Of a DNA stretch of 64,000 nucleotides, positions 24,642 to 37,230 are shown piece after piece. The notes beneath the pieces were generated by a model. That model was not told where the DNA came from. It worked only from the letters and a program-made list of their open reading frames with translations, and did not search any database. This DNA comes from Eledone cirrhosa (Eukaryota): assembly GCA_964016885.1 (NCBI GenBank), contig OZ024747.1:34286001-34350000 (forward strand), in the 5' to 3' direction. Positions within the stretch are counted from its first letter, which is position 1. Each line of letters begins with the position of its first letter. The position numbers and the translations under genes were made by a program.

Positions 24642-25343
24642 GAATAATAATAATAATAATAATAGTGAGTGAATTAAAATATGCAGTTGCGATTATCAGT
24701 TTTCGAAATCATGCGGTACTGAGACTTACGAGACCACTAATCATGTGATAACTCGATAGATGCCGATATATAGAGTGGGTATAGAGATATGTAAAATCCC
24801 GAACGCGGCACCAAGCGTTTTCGAAACCGTTGACGAAGTGGTCGGAATTTTACATCTTTCTCTCTCTCTGTTTGTACGTGCCAGTGCAAAATCTGGACAT
24901 GATCAGTTTTTTAGAAGAACATATATTCCTAAAGTAATAATTTTTAGTGGGTGAACTGTTAGATTCGTTTATAGTTAATCGATAATTTTTTTATAGGAAT
25001 CCCATTCGATAAATATCAACCTATAAATGATTCTTCACTATGGACTAGTGAGAATCTATTGGATTAAATCAGGGAGGCTGAAGCCGTATCAGAACCACAC
25101 GACACTTCTTCACCAATCTTTAGACGAGATCGGTCCAACCGAGTCTATTCTAGAATACAATGTTTGGCTCATCCATTTATATGGAATATGTAACCACAGA
25201 GTGTCTGGGGGCAATTCCTTTATCTCAAAATATATCTATCGTAAATGTTTGTACATGACCGTAACGAAATTAAGGTCCTGCTTCAAAACTCTATTAATAT
25301 AAATGAAAAAATTATGAATTGAATCCTTATTGCATAAAAAATG

Positions 25344-25537
25344 TGAGTTGCGGTGAAAAGTTCATAGGCTGGTCAAGATACACTTATGGAATGACCAAAT
25401 GAGAATTAATTTTAAACATGGTTCCCGGAAAGGAAAAATGAAGTCATGAAGAAGAGTTGAAATTAATGCATGTAAGATTTCACAGCTCTAGCATCAATCC
25501 GTCATGGTCCGCCTTTGAACCTTTCAGCCAACACTTG
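25344..25537. mobile_element. Same mariner MITE family, degraded
   Basis: GGTGAAAAGTTCATAGGCTG...GAACCTTTCAGCCAACACTTG; internal AGAGTTGAAATTAATGCATG. Confidence 0.7.
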
Positions 25538-26016
25538 TCTATACAAAATAATCCTTATTGCTGATTACCATTATTGCAGAATTTGCACTTTCAGAAAAAT
25601 CTTCACCAGCCACTTTTAAAACAAACAGTTAATTAACAAGATGACAATATCTTATTTGTTAAAATTTAATTTAATTAATATTATGATCAGAATAATAATT
25701 AATAACTTCTGCACACATTTATAACTTTACGAAATTTAATTTTTTAACAAAGCAAATTTTATTGGACGAATTCAAATGTAAATATTTAAATAAGTTATTT
25801 TTTGAAGGATGTCGATTTCTAATATTATTGGAGATTAGAATTATTAGGGAATCGTTGTAATAGTAACAAAAGTGAATTTTTCATAAACTAAAGTAAACTA
25901 TTAAATGTAATACGCACCAACAAATGGGATGTATATATATATATACATCCCATATATATATATCAAATAAAAAATTAAGTCAAATATTTAAAATTGGCTT
26001 CGTTTATTAAAGGTGT

Positions 26017-26071
26017 ACCGCTATATGTATTTCAGTGACAGCCAACCTCGGCTGTGACCTCTTCAGGCAGT
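26017..26071 (-). ncRNA. Type I hammerhead ribozyme candidate
   Basis: Minus strand ACTGC-CTGAAGA-G-GTCACAGCC(GAGGTT)GGCTGTCAC-T-GAAA-TACATA-TA-GCGGT, followed closely by AATAAA. Confidence 0.65.
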
Positions 26072-26932
26072 CCGAATTGGTGTGGTATAGACAGGTGGTA
26101 CACATGTTGTTGAAGTGTTTAACTCCGGCAATACTCCGATATGCCACGTTCCTGGTTGGGTTGCTATTTTTCTCAGGAACTGGATTCATATGAATTCGAG
26201 AAAACGAATTCCGGCGTCAAAGGATACCCTCTCCTCCCATTGGTCAGTTGTGAGAACATTCCTCAGTCAAAAGTCTATAGAATCTTTTCTGAGGCAAGGC
26301 AATCTCTTATGGTTGTTTTTGTTAAGTACAGCTGACCTCCTCCCTAGTGTTGGTAGTGGTGTTGGTGTTAGGGGATCATTAGTCAGGTCAGCTTTAGTTC
26401 GGCTGCTGCTATGTTTAGAAGAATTTGTGTGTGTGTGTAGGCATCTATCCTGCCACCATTTTCCGTGGTGGTGGTGGTGGGGTGGGTGGGCGTGCCAAAC
26501 AGATGAAGAAATAAGATAAAGTAAAATGGAGAAATAAAAGAATATAAGGCAATAAAAGGAAGAAAATAAAAATATAAAAAATTAAATAAACAAAAAAAAA
26601 TGAATAAGATAATAAAAGAATAAAATAAAATGCGTGTGTGTTATAACCAATCTCAAAGTTTGAAAGATTTGGAAGATATTGACCGAAGTAGAAAGGCTGT
26701 GTATCAGAATCGAGAAGTGCAAAGGATCACAATCTTTACACTATCATGGTGTGGTGCGTTTTAAGAGCAAATGAGACAAGGGTGGAGTATAAAACACCAG
26801 AACCCGAGTGTTAAAATCCGGAAATGCAGAGGACTACAGTTCCTATTTCGGCATAGAGTACATATGCGTGTATGTCAACTCACATCGTTCCAAGCACACA
26901 CGCATAAGCATAGGCCCAAGTGCATCCCCTAT

Positions 26933-26968
<36 letters not shown>

Positions 26969-27000
26969 TATAAACTGAGCGCTTCAAACAGTAGCGGGCT

Positions 27001-29050
27001 TAAGTCACTATGAAAAAACTGGCAACATTGGCCTCACTGAAGGATATCCCCCTACCTGGCAAACAAGAATACACCAGTGATCTCATGAGGAGTACAGACT
27101 CCCTTGTCCGTAGGATGAGATGGAGGGCGTTCCACTTTGATAGAGGAACGCCTAAAATGACCAACACCCAAAACATGGAGTACCTTTTTAGATCAAGGCG
27201 GAACTCTCCCCACAACATGCTAATGGAGGAGTTCGAAAACGAGATGATTAGCATTATCTCCAACCTCCAATTTCCGGAAACCCACCCTGAAGTCAGGAGT
27301 ACCTCAGACACCTGGGAAACGGGATTTTAAAACTTAAATAGACAACTGGATTACTTGTCCATGCCGATAAAACCAACAACCTCTACAACATGGACATTGA
27401 ACTGTATAATAAGATAATTCTCAGGGAACTGAGGAAATGCTAAAAAACACACCTTGATTTACCTTGGATGAGATCAACGCCACATCTTACAGGATTATAT
27501 CCGGACTCGGCATAGAGGACAGGACGGCCCCATATCAACCAAAGGAGCCGCGGATTACCCTTAAAGATCACAAGCCAGAGTTTCAGTCTGACCTCCCGGT
27601 TAGACTAATAGCTCCCCCCAGATCAGACCTAGGGATCGTCAGTAAAAGCATACTAGATAGGATTTTACCCAAGCTTCGGAAAAAAATGATTACAGCAATG
27701 GACATGCACGGGAGAGGTAATAGAATGTTTTAAGATACTACCTGGGAAATGTAGGACCAGCTTTATCCAACTGGATATCGCAGTCTACTCCTCCTCAATC
27801 TCGCCCATAGTACTCAATAAGGCCATTTTTTTAGCGATGTCCAATACGTACCTAACCTGAGAGGAGGTGGGCATCATACACGCCGCCCGAAAGACCTTGA
27901 TCCATTTCATTGGAGATCTTTGGACTAGGCGTGGTTAGCCAAATAACTTTGACATAATGATGGGCTCCAGCGACTCCGCACAGATAACGGACCTGGTTGG
28001 GCTCTTCTTGCTGAAGCAGATAAAAGAAGAAATCCCCTGCCTGGGCGGCAGATTGTATCGTGACGATGCTCTCTTAAGAGTCTATGACCACAGCACCACT
28101 GTGGTGTAGAGAATAAAGAGGCGTATTGGGCATTTATTTAAGAACCAGGGGCTCAGTATCGAACTAGACCCAAAGAAAGGTAGTTAACTCCCTAGACACC
28201 GCCCTAAACCTGAACACCGAGCAATACTACCCCTACCACAAGCCCAACGAGAAACTTGTATGTGATAAGGCCAAGTCAAACCACCGTAAATCCATAATTA
28301 AGGCTGTAGTGAAGAGTGTCTCGGACAGGATCTCCAGCCTGTCCGCAAATAAGGAAATCTTCGATAGCAACGCAGAATATTACAACGCAACTCTAAATAA
28401 AGCGGCGCATGGCCAAAATACATCATATAATCCGAGGCGCCATGGTGGGGATGGCCCGCCGGACACCCCGACCCACGGTATCCGAGAGGGGGGGGGATAA
28501 TAATACAGGCGGAGTGGAAACAACTAAACTCCATAAGCCCGACACCACCACAATGGCGAGGGGGACGCGTACGCATAACCATGGGAGGAAAACTAATACG
28601 AGTAGCAGACTCTGGGGTGATACTAACCACCCTAGGCCCGACGCAAAACACGAGGAGGGACTGATGGAGGACAATCCCATTGTAGAACTCCCAGCATGGG
28701 CAACAGCCACCCCACAGACTCAGGCCGGGAAGTTAGCAAAACACATAGCACCCAAAGGGGAAGCAGCAATGCGGTAACCACTAGCAACCTAACAACTTCC
28801 CAACAGCCCACGGCACGCTCAACCCACCCACATAGGAGTAGACGCAGAAAAACACAGTCAAGTTTGCAATCTTCAACCGTGAACATTGCAAACTTGATTG
28901 TCACCACACAATATGAACCTGAAGATTGCGAAAGCATGAAAGTACTTGTTCAATTAACACTTAACATTTAATATTCTAACATACTATTTCATTCTAATAC
29001 CATTATACATTTTAAAGGATTGTAAATAAAACGAGTAAATCAGAAAAAGT
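27001..29050 (+). mobile_element. Penelope-like retroelement (Naiad-like RT), degraded
   Basis: RRMRWRAFHF, ADKTNNLY, ITLKDHKPEF..RLIAPPRSDLGIVSK, FIQLDI, FDIMMGSSDSAQITDLVG, LYRDDAL, PYHKPN, SVSDRISSLS. Downstream hammerhead motif. Element boundaries are approximate. Confidence 0.8.
28914..28952 (+). ncRNA. Minimal type I hammerhead ribozyme
   Basis: TGAAC-CTGAAGA-T-TGC(GAAA)GCA-T-GAAA-GTAC-TT-GTTCA: stem I TGAAC/GTTCA, CUGANGA and GAAA cores, palindromic GTAC loop III. Confidence 0.8.
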
Positions 29051-29103
29051 TGGAACTCCTTTTATTAATATAATCTTCTATACACAATCATACACGCCCG
29101 TGT

Positions 29104-29246
<143 letters not shown>

Positions 29247-30049
29247 ATACAATAACAGAAATAGTTTAAAGCTAAACTCTGACTGGTAACCATCTCACTC
29301 AACAAACATTAGGTTATATTAAAATATAAACCCAATTTAAGTGTTTGGGGTGCTAACAATATGTATAATGTGGAAAAACCAGTTGTATTATTTTATGAGA
29401 TATAATTAAAGTTAAAGTATATCTCTCTTTCCAAACAATTGTTTCATTATAAGTTTTCTACAAGTTTGGGAGAATGTTTCCAGTTTATGTAGAAGCCTAA
29501 TATATATTCATGTAAGAATATATTTAGCTGGGCACTTATAAATCGTCAGTGGAAGCCCATTAAACATTGATATAAGAAAACAATTTCTTACCGCTGTCAA
29601 AAATCATGTCCGTAAAGTTGGTCTCCCTCACCACGAATGACCGCTAAATTTGAAATTCCAGCAGTTTTTGACTGAGGAAGTATCATAGCGACACGAAGCG
29701 GGAAGGGGAGACAACCCACGAAATGAGGAAAAAAATAATAATATCCACGCGGGTTAATTAGTTTTTTTGAAAACATTATCAATCCAACGTGTTTAAGAAC
29801 TCAATTGAAAATAAAAAAATAAATATATGCTTGTATAAATTACACACGCATATAGATATTTTCTTAGGCTAAATCAGAAGTTGTACCCGAATAAGAACCA
29901 CTTCTCATAACCGCAGTAAATGCAGAAAGTTATATATATATATATATATAAGTACTTTCAGATGTTAGAATCCTTTAATGATAATGCTGTGATACATATT
30001 TCAAAGACGGCAGTGGCCACATTCTTCGGTGTACCCAGTGCCGTGACAT

Positions 30050-30430
30050 CATCAGACACCTTCTTACATAATGAGGTTATTTTCCCGAGGTAATCCAAAT
30101 TGAATCGACAAGGGAACGGACAATGCAGGTGTTCTTGAGTCCTTCGTCTCTTCCCTTGTGAGTCCCAATTCACCCCACCGGAGGAAGTTGACCATCCACT
30201 ACCCCGAAACTCTACGAAATTCGCCTAGGCATAATACCCCAACGAATCAATCACCCTCATCCAGGTCTGTAATATGGGACGGCTATTGTTTACTGCTAGC
30301 AGTCATGCCAGGGGCGGTTGACTGAAACCCAGTGGTAGTGGCAGAGTATGACTCTCAACAGGCCTTAAAACTACCCCTAAATTATACTTGGAGAATAGAA
30401 TTGGGCATCAGCCGCTAAGAGAATCTAACT
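30050..30430 (-). mobile_element. Possible degraded LINE-derived fragment
   Basis: WDSQGKRRR resembles an RTE/RTEX C-terminal motif; GC-richer than the flanks. Confidence 0.3.
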
Positions 30431-31020
30431 TAATTCTAGATGTTATGGTTTCACAGTGGAAATTAGGATTGAAAGTTAGAAATTAAAAAAATTACAAGTT
30501 AAAATCTTGATTGAAGTAAATAAAAAATAAAAAATATATATATATATATATATATATAATAGCTAATAAATAGGGAGATGTTTAGATTATAGTAAGAGGT
30601 TTTGAAAGGGGATCAATATTACAGATATATAGAACCGTACAGTAGAACGGAGGGTAAATTACAGTATGAAATGTAGTAATTGGACAAATAATGAATATCT
30701 TCTTCTATCACATGAATCAAAACAAAATATACATATATGCAAAATGAGAGAGGAGACATGTATGAGAAAAAATACGCGAAAAATATAATGAAAAATACGC
30801 GAGGAAGATAAACTGTGTGGAAATGAGAGTATAAGTGGTTAAAGTGCTGGTCAATTTTGTCCAAGTAGACAACACAGAACATTTCGTCAATCCAAAACAG
30901 ATTTTAGTATTGTCTGAGAAAATTTTATCAGTTTAAGGTAAGCTTTCCAATTGATTCTCATTTTTAGCAAACATTTCGACGTGGAAGAATCCATTTTGTT
31001 AGAATCCTTTTTGATATCTC

Positions 31021-32117
31021 TTAATATATTTTTTTTGTTTCAGTTGTTTCTGTGGTGATGGTGGTAGCAGTGGTGTTGGATGTACTCTTCGACATTGTGG
31101 TGGTGGAGATGGTGGCTTTAACAGCTGCAGACATTGGTAAGGGCGGCAAAATCACATCTGCACGTGACAAACTTAAGTAAACGCCACGGCTGCTGCTGCC
31201 ACGGTTATAGAAAAAAATTTCGGTCTGTGCAAAACCAAATGTGTCTTTTGCTAAAGCGGCGAACAATACGATTGAGGTAAGCCAGGAAGAACTGAATAAA
31301 ATCAAGCGAATGGTAAAAAAATATGGTTACAGGGTCAGCCTAAATCAAATACCATGGAGCATCGGCGCCTATGTACTGTATCTTCGCACAATAAATGTGG
31401 AGTGGGCATCCGAGTTCAAAAAGCAATTGGACATGTGTGGGTTCAAAAATACCACATCACAATTGGACAGAGATATGGAATTGTGGACGTGTTCTTTGAA
31501 ACCCCACAGTAAGCCAGAGAGCACACCATGGCCCCATTAAAAAGTGACGAGTTCACAGTCGTCCCTAGCTATTGTGGTCAGAGGCTGGTAAGAATCAGAA
31601 TGACCCATTTCCGCCGGCCATTGAAATTCCCTGGCTGATGTCTGCCGTATCTGTCTGATGGCTATGGCGAAAGAGAGCGTGTGGTAGACGCGCTTGAAAG
31701 GGCTGAGGACGAGCACTCACCTCTTCGGCAATGCCCTGATTAACTTTTTCAAATCTCATTTGAAAAGGAAAATCAGGGTGGAGAGGAAAGTGCTCTCTTC
31801 CCAGCATTTTATTGAAAGATGGGTGAGAGAGGTAAGCATGACCTGAGTGAGTGGGCCTGCTGTGAGTATGCGCCTGTAAATTGAAGGTGAAAATCTGGGA
31901 GAGGGTACTTGCCCTGGTTTTCAGGATCACCGTGGCTTTTCTAATGGGCTTTCTACACGAGCGTCCCTCTGAAGTCTCCCCCCTATTGCGGAATTTTCCT
32001 CTGTTTCTTTTTTTTTTATTTTCTTTGTATACTCAGAGATGTCCATTTGTACCGTCCCGTACAGTCCTGTCCTTAATGTTATACCTTATGTCAACCCTCG
32101 TGGTTAATAAAGAATAG
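31021..32117 (+). mobile_element. Rearranged Tx1 copy D: inverted ORF1 5' piece, ORF1 core, then ORF2 C-terminus and 3'UTR
   Basis: 31021-31190 (minus) resembles copy C ORF1 (ADVILPPLPMSA). 31215-31650 (plus) has SFAKAA..MVKKYGYRV..IEIPWL. 31650-32117 matches the 3' end of copies A/C and is followed by an ATT tail. Confidence 0.85.
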
Positions 32118-32140
32118 ATTATTATTATCATTATTATTGA

Positions 32141-35100
32141 TCTTTGAGTCTCAGTCTGCCTATCACATCATGTCTCCAGCCTTTATAGGGCTAGGTGTTT
32201 ACACTCGGATACAATATCAGCCACAGTCTCCCCTCTCTCTCTCTCCACAGATCCTACACAGTGAGCTAGCATCCTCCTTGTCAATATGGTGTTTCAACCA
32301 CTTCGTTCTGAGGGCTTGCACTTGCGCAGCGATTAGCATTCCTTCTGTAGCTTTTTTAAGGTCTCCTTTTTTTAACTAGTTCAATGTCTATGGATCACTA
32401 AATTCCGTTTTCTTAAAGAAATTTTTCATGAAGGTTGCTCTTCCTCCTTGTTATTTCCTCCTTGGACATCCCCTGGTCTATTGTCCTCTCCTTCGGTACA
32501 ACTTTTAGCATTGGCTCCCTACTGTCAGACACATACTTGTGCAGGTTGTTTTTCTCTATCTGAACACAGTCCTCTATGCTGATAAGACCTCTTCCGAGAT
32601 CAGATCTCCTTACGTGGAGTCTATCAACATCACTCCTCTTGTGGAACATGCTGTAGGTAATCAATAACTTCCTAATATTCCTATCCATTACTTTTTGTTC
32701 AGCAACATTCCATTTCAGAATTCCCGCACTGTCCCTAATAATTGTTTCTACTTTTGGCACAAGGCCAGCAATTAACCAGTACATTACTGGTACTTTATTT
32801 TATCGACCCCGTAAGGATCAAAGGCAAAGTTAACCTCGGCGGGATTTGAACTCAGACCTTAAAGGAACGTAATTGTGCTGGAAAGCATAGCGTCCAACCT
32901 CTATCGATACTGCCAATTCACACTGTCCCTAATAATAGACACAGCTCGGGAATTTACTGCACTTATGAGATTCCGACTATTTAGGTGTGATTTTATTATG
33001 TTTCTTTCTCTCCTTATGTACCCAGATCTTATCAATTCCGTCATATTTTTTGCCCTTGATGTCATCTCCCTCCATGAAACCAAATATTTGTATCCCTCTT
33101 CATTGTCAATTTTCTTTATCATCTCACCTGTTGGTATCTGGATTCCGTTGCTTCTGTTCAATTTACCCCTCCTCATCACTAGCAATCCACACTTCATTGC
33201 TGAACATACGGACAGTGTTAACAAGTACATCCAACTCCTTCTCACTTTTCCCAAATAGTTTAAGATCGTCCCTGAAGGGGAGGTGGTTGACGGTAAGCTC
33301 TCCTCTTCCCAACTTGCATCCTGCTCTCACTTTTCACAATATAACGGAAAGGTGTATCAGGGCAAATATCAAAGGGGACAAACTATCTCCTTGGGAGATA
33401 ACTCTCTTGATTTTCACGCCTCCCAAGGATTCTCCAGCTGATGTTAACTCTGTTTCCCAGGCCTTCATACTTTTGCTCAACAACTCTCTAATGTTGTATG
33501 CCGCCTTGAAGATCTCTAGGCTTTTGGTTATCCAAGAATGCGGTCCCATGTCGAATTCCTTCTTGTAATCTATCCATCCAATGGCAAGACCAATATGCCT
33601 CCTCTTGCAATTTCTTATTACCATCTTATCAATAAGTAACTGGTATTTTGTACCACGCGACCTCTTTCTGCATCCTTTCTGTTCATCCAGTCGTAAGTTG
33701 TTTATGTGGGGGTGATGGTAGATTTCCTCAGACACAATGTTTGTTAACAGTTTCCACATTATGGATAGACATGTGATGGGCCTATAGTTGGTAACCTCAT
33801 TACGCTTGATTCGGTCTTTCATTACCAGAACCGTGGTTCCTTTTGTCAACTACTCTCCTACTTCACTCGACAGAAAGCAGTCATTGTACATGGCTGTCAG
33901 TTTGGGGTGGAGGGATGTTATATGTTTTATTCAATATACTTGCACACCATCTGGGCCTGGCGATTTCCAGTGGGTTAAATTTTTTGGCCTGCTTTTTAAG
34001 AGTTCCAGCTGTGATACTCAAGTCAGGTTCTTGGTGTGCTTGTTCACTAATCTCCTTTTTAACTGTATCAAACCACCCTGCCTAACTATTATGTTCAACA
34101 TCCTGCTCCCATATTCCTCTCCAGAATGCCTTTGATTGTTGAACCCCAAGGATCACTTCGTTACTATTTTCTTTCCCTTCAAGCTGTTCAAACAACACCT
34201 TCTGGTTGTTGTCGAGCATACAGTTCTGTCTATACTGACTAACTCTGCTCTCATACCGCCTAATATTTGCACTTTTTGCTAAGATGCGTTGCTTCAGTTC
34301 CTCTATGATACTATTTAGCTTTTTCCCCGTAGTTTTGTATTTTATTTTCAATCTATATTTAGTAACTATGATTTGTAATGTCCCATTCAGTAAGGACTCA
34401 AGTGTTCCATGTCTTTTCTCATTTCCTTGATTTGGCCATTAAGTCGTTTCTTCCACCAAGGTTCCGATCTTTCTTGTTTGTTGTTTCCTCTCGTTTTCAT
34501 CCCAAGTAATCTTTTCACCACATTTGCGGTTGATTTGAGGATAGTATTACATCGGTGAAGGTTCCCCGCCTGAAGTTATGGAATGTACCTGTTTACCATA
34601 GGTGTCGTTTCTTTCAAATTTTTCCTGTTTAAAGATTTTAGGTTCCTCTATCATTGTTCATTTCATCTACCACTAAGTTCAGAATATCAACAGAATCTTG
34701 TCCTCACCCGTCAGCATTCATTTCCTCAATGGCCGTATCTTTGTTCCAGGTGTTATTTATTTCAGCATTCACTCCATTGCCTGCTTCCCACTGGCTCATT
34801 TGCCTGATCCCCTCCACTCTCCATTTCCAACTCAATCCCTCTGTTCAGTTCCTTCAGTTCCAACTCGCTTATCCCTCCATTCGTTCTTATTACACGAGCC
34901 TAACTGGCCAATATTTGTTCACGTAATTTAAATAGACCAATCTCGTTCCAGATGTTAATCATCCGTTTCCTATAGCCTTTTTCCATGGGGTTACTCTTCA
35001 GGTAACATTTCATGGCAGTTCTATTCAATTCTTTCGTCCAGTTTGTTCTTGCCCCATTATTCCTTCTTCCTCCAACATCAGCAGTATTTGGATGACAGCC

Positions 35101-35215
35101 AGGGCCCTGCTGCTGGGCCAGGGAGCACTTGCTGGGCGAGAGTCTCTCACATGATGTTCCAGTCTCCTTTTCGCCGTTATTCGAACTGTTTAGGCTCGAC
35201 ATTTAGACACTCATG
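32141..35215 (-). mobile_element. R4/Dong-clade LINE, near full length, degraded, endonuclease region deleted
   Basis: N-terminal NWTKELNRTAMKCY..GYRKRM, NYRPITCL, EQKGC, WIDYKK, QGDSLSP, ATEGMLIAAQ..CRICGE. Same 3' terminus (CTGAGACTCAAAGA) as the 22947 copy. Confidence 0.88.
32743..32920 (-). mobile_element. SINE inserted in the Dong-type LINE
   Basis: 16-bp TSD CACTGTCCCTAATAAT at 32727-32742 and 32921-32936. The homologous site is empty in the other Dong copy (~23590-23610). Confidence 0.92.
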
Positions 35216-36687
35216 ACGTGGATTAATGAATTTTGGGTTGCTCCAGCAGCAGTGTTTTTTAGAAAAAGCGAAAAATTTAAGTTTCCGGGCAATTTATGTG
35301 ACATTTATCTATCATTATTTTTTCTGCTGTTTTTAATGTTTTCCTATTGTGAATCCTGTTTATTTTATAAGTCATTATTATTATCTCATGAAATCGATAA
35401 AACAGAGTCCCAGCAATACACCGGGGCATCTGCCGGCCTCACGCCATAAGCAGAAACATCCAGCATTATCATCAGCATCTACCATTTATGGTCTGAGCAA
35501 AGATCCTGCAGAGTTCAATCGCTGGCCCTGTGACAAAAGCAGATACAATTATTATTATCTTCAGCGTCTGCCATTTATGTTCTGAGCAGAATTCTCACCG
35601 AGGTCAACCCCAGTCCTCACGTCTCCTAGGTCGGCAAGACAAAGCACCAACAATTCACTGGGACAATCACTAGTCCTGTTCCAAAAGTAGAAATAACCAT
35701 TATCATCAGCATCACCACCATCATCATCAACAAATCATCATTTTCATTTTTCGCTGGTAGTCATGGTAGTGGCGATGGTGGTGGTATCATCATTATCATC
35801 GTCGTCGTCGTCATCCTTATCAACATCATCAACACCATTATTTTTCTTGCTATTAATATACATTTTATTAGTTCGTGCCACACAATTATGGAAATATAAC
35901 AATGCTATAGTATGTGCTAAACCACCTAGCAATATTTAGTTTCAGCACTTAAACATCTTTGTTTCTTTCCAGCTAGGATGAATCTTACCGTCATGTTAAG
36001 CAGGCAACTGCATCATGTATTTTGTCATGGTTTTGTAAGGGTTACATGTTTTTTTCTTCTGACTAACCTTTGATTATATATTTCATTAACACTTACTAAT
36101 ATATACATTTCTTGACACATACTAATATTGACACATACTAATATTAACACATACTAATATATACATTTCTTGAATAGTTACTACTTCTTAGTAATCAACT
36201 CAAGTGCACATTTCTGAATATTTCACCATAAATATATTTACGTTTTCCAGGACATAAACGTTTATTGCCATGAACAAACGATGTTCCTCTGTGACTGAAC
36301 TGACATATATGGATATGAAACAAAACCAAAAATGTTATAAAGAAAATAATAACATCATATCACAGAGAGCGAAAAAGAAACAAAACAACAACAAACAACA
36401 AAAAAATATAATTGAAAGAAAAATGTTAGGTCAGCCCAACCATGCATGGAAACGATGCTTCAGAATCGATACTGATACAAGGAACATAAATCTTTGGTAA
36501 TCTTACTCCAATACCGAGCATTCAAAAATAGGACACATGTACAGGCAAACGCATGAACAGATAGACCGATATGCACTAACATCAATCTATGCCTGTGTCG
36601 GAATATGTATATGAGTCTTAGTGGGTGCGTATATACATTTGTTTATATATACATTTATGCACCTGCACAAAATAGTACGTACTCAAT

Positions 36688-36718
<31 letters not shown>

Positions 36719-36801
36719 ATATGTATGTGTGCATATCCCTTCACACACAATCGAGAATGAAGCAGCAAATGCAAATGGCGATCGCTGTGTACGTATGTAT
36801 G

Positions 36802-36857
<56 letters not shown>

Positions 36858-37087
36858 GTGTGTATGTGTGTGTGTGTATGTGTGTGTGTGCGTGCGAGTA
36901 TATATTCACCTATATTTAAACATATAAATGAACCTGCACAAGCACATGAACACATATGCGGTTACATACACTCACATACACACACACACATACACACACA
37001 CACACATATATATATTGAAATAAATGAATATTTCAGGTATCCAAGTATGTATGTATGTAATATACATTTGTAGGATGCAGCCCTAAT

Positions 37088-37230
37088 AATTGTTTCTACT
37101 TTTGGCACAAGAACAGTACATTACTGGTACTTTATTTTATCGACCCCGTAAGGATGAAAGGCAAAGTTAACCTCGGCGGAATTTGGTTAACTTTACCTTT
37201 TATCCTTACGGGGTCGATAAAATAAAGTAC
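37088..37230. mobile_element. SINE fragment with internal inversion (fold-back)
   Basis: GTACTTTATTTTATCGACCCCGTAAGGAT..GTTAAC followed by its reverse complement. Confidence 0.8.

Noticed and set aside
36621-37073. YI/CV/TH dipeptide ORFs here and at ~48.9, 55, 59.6 and 62 kb
   Set aside because: They are translations of (TA)n and (CA)n microsatellites.
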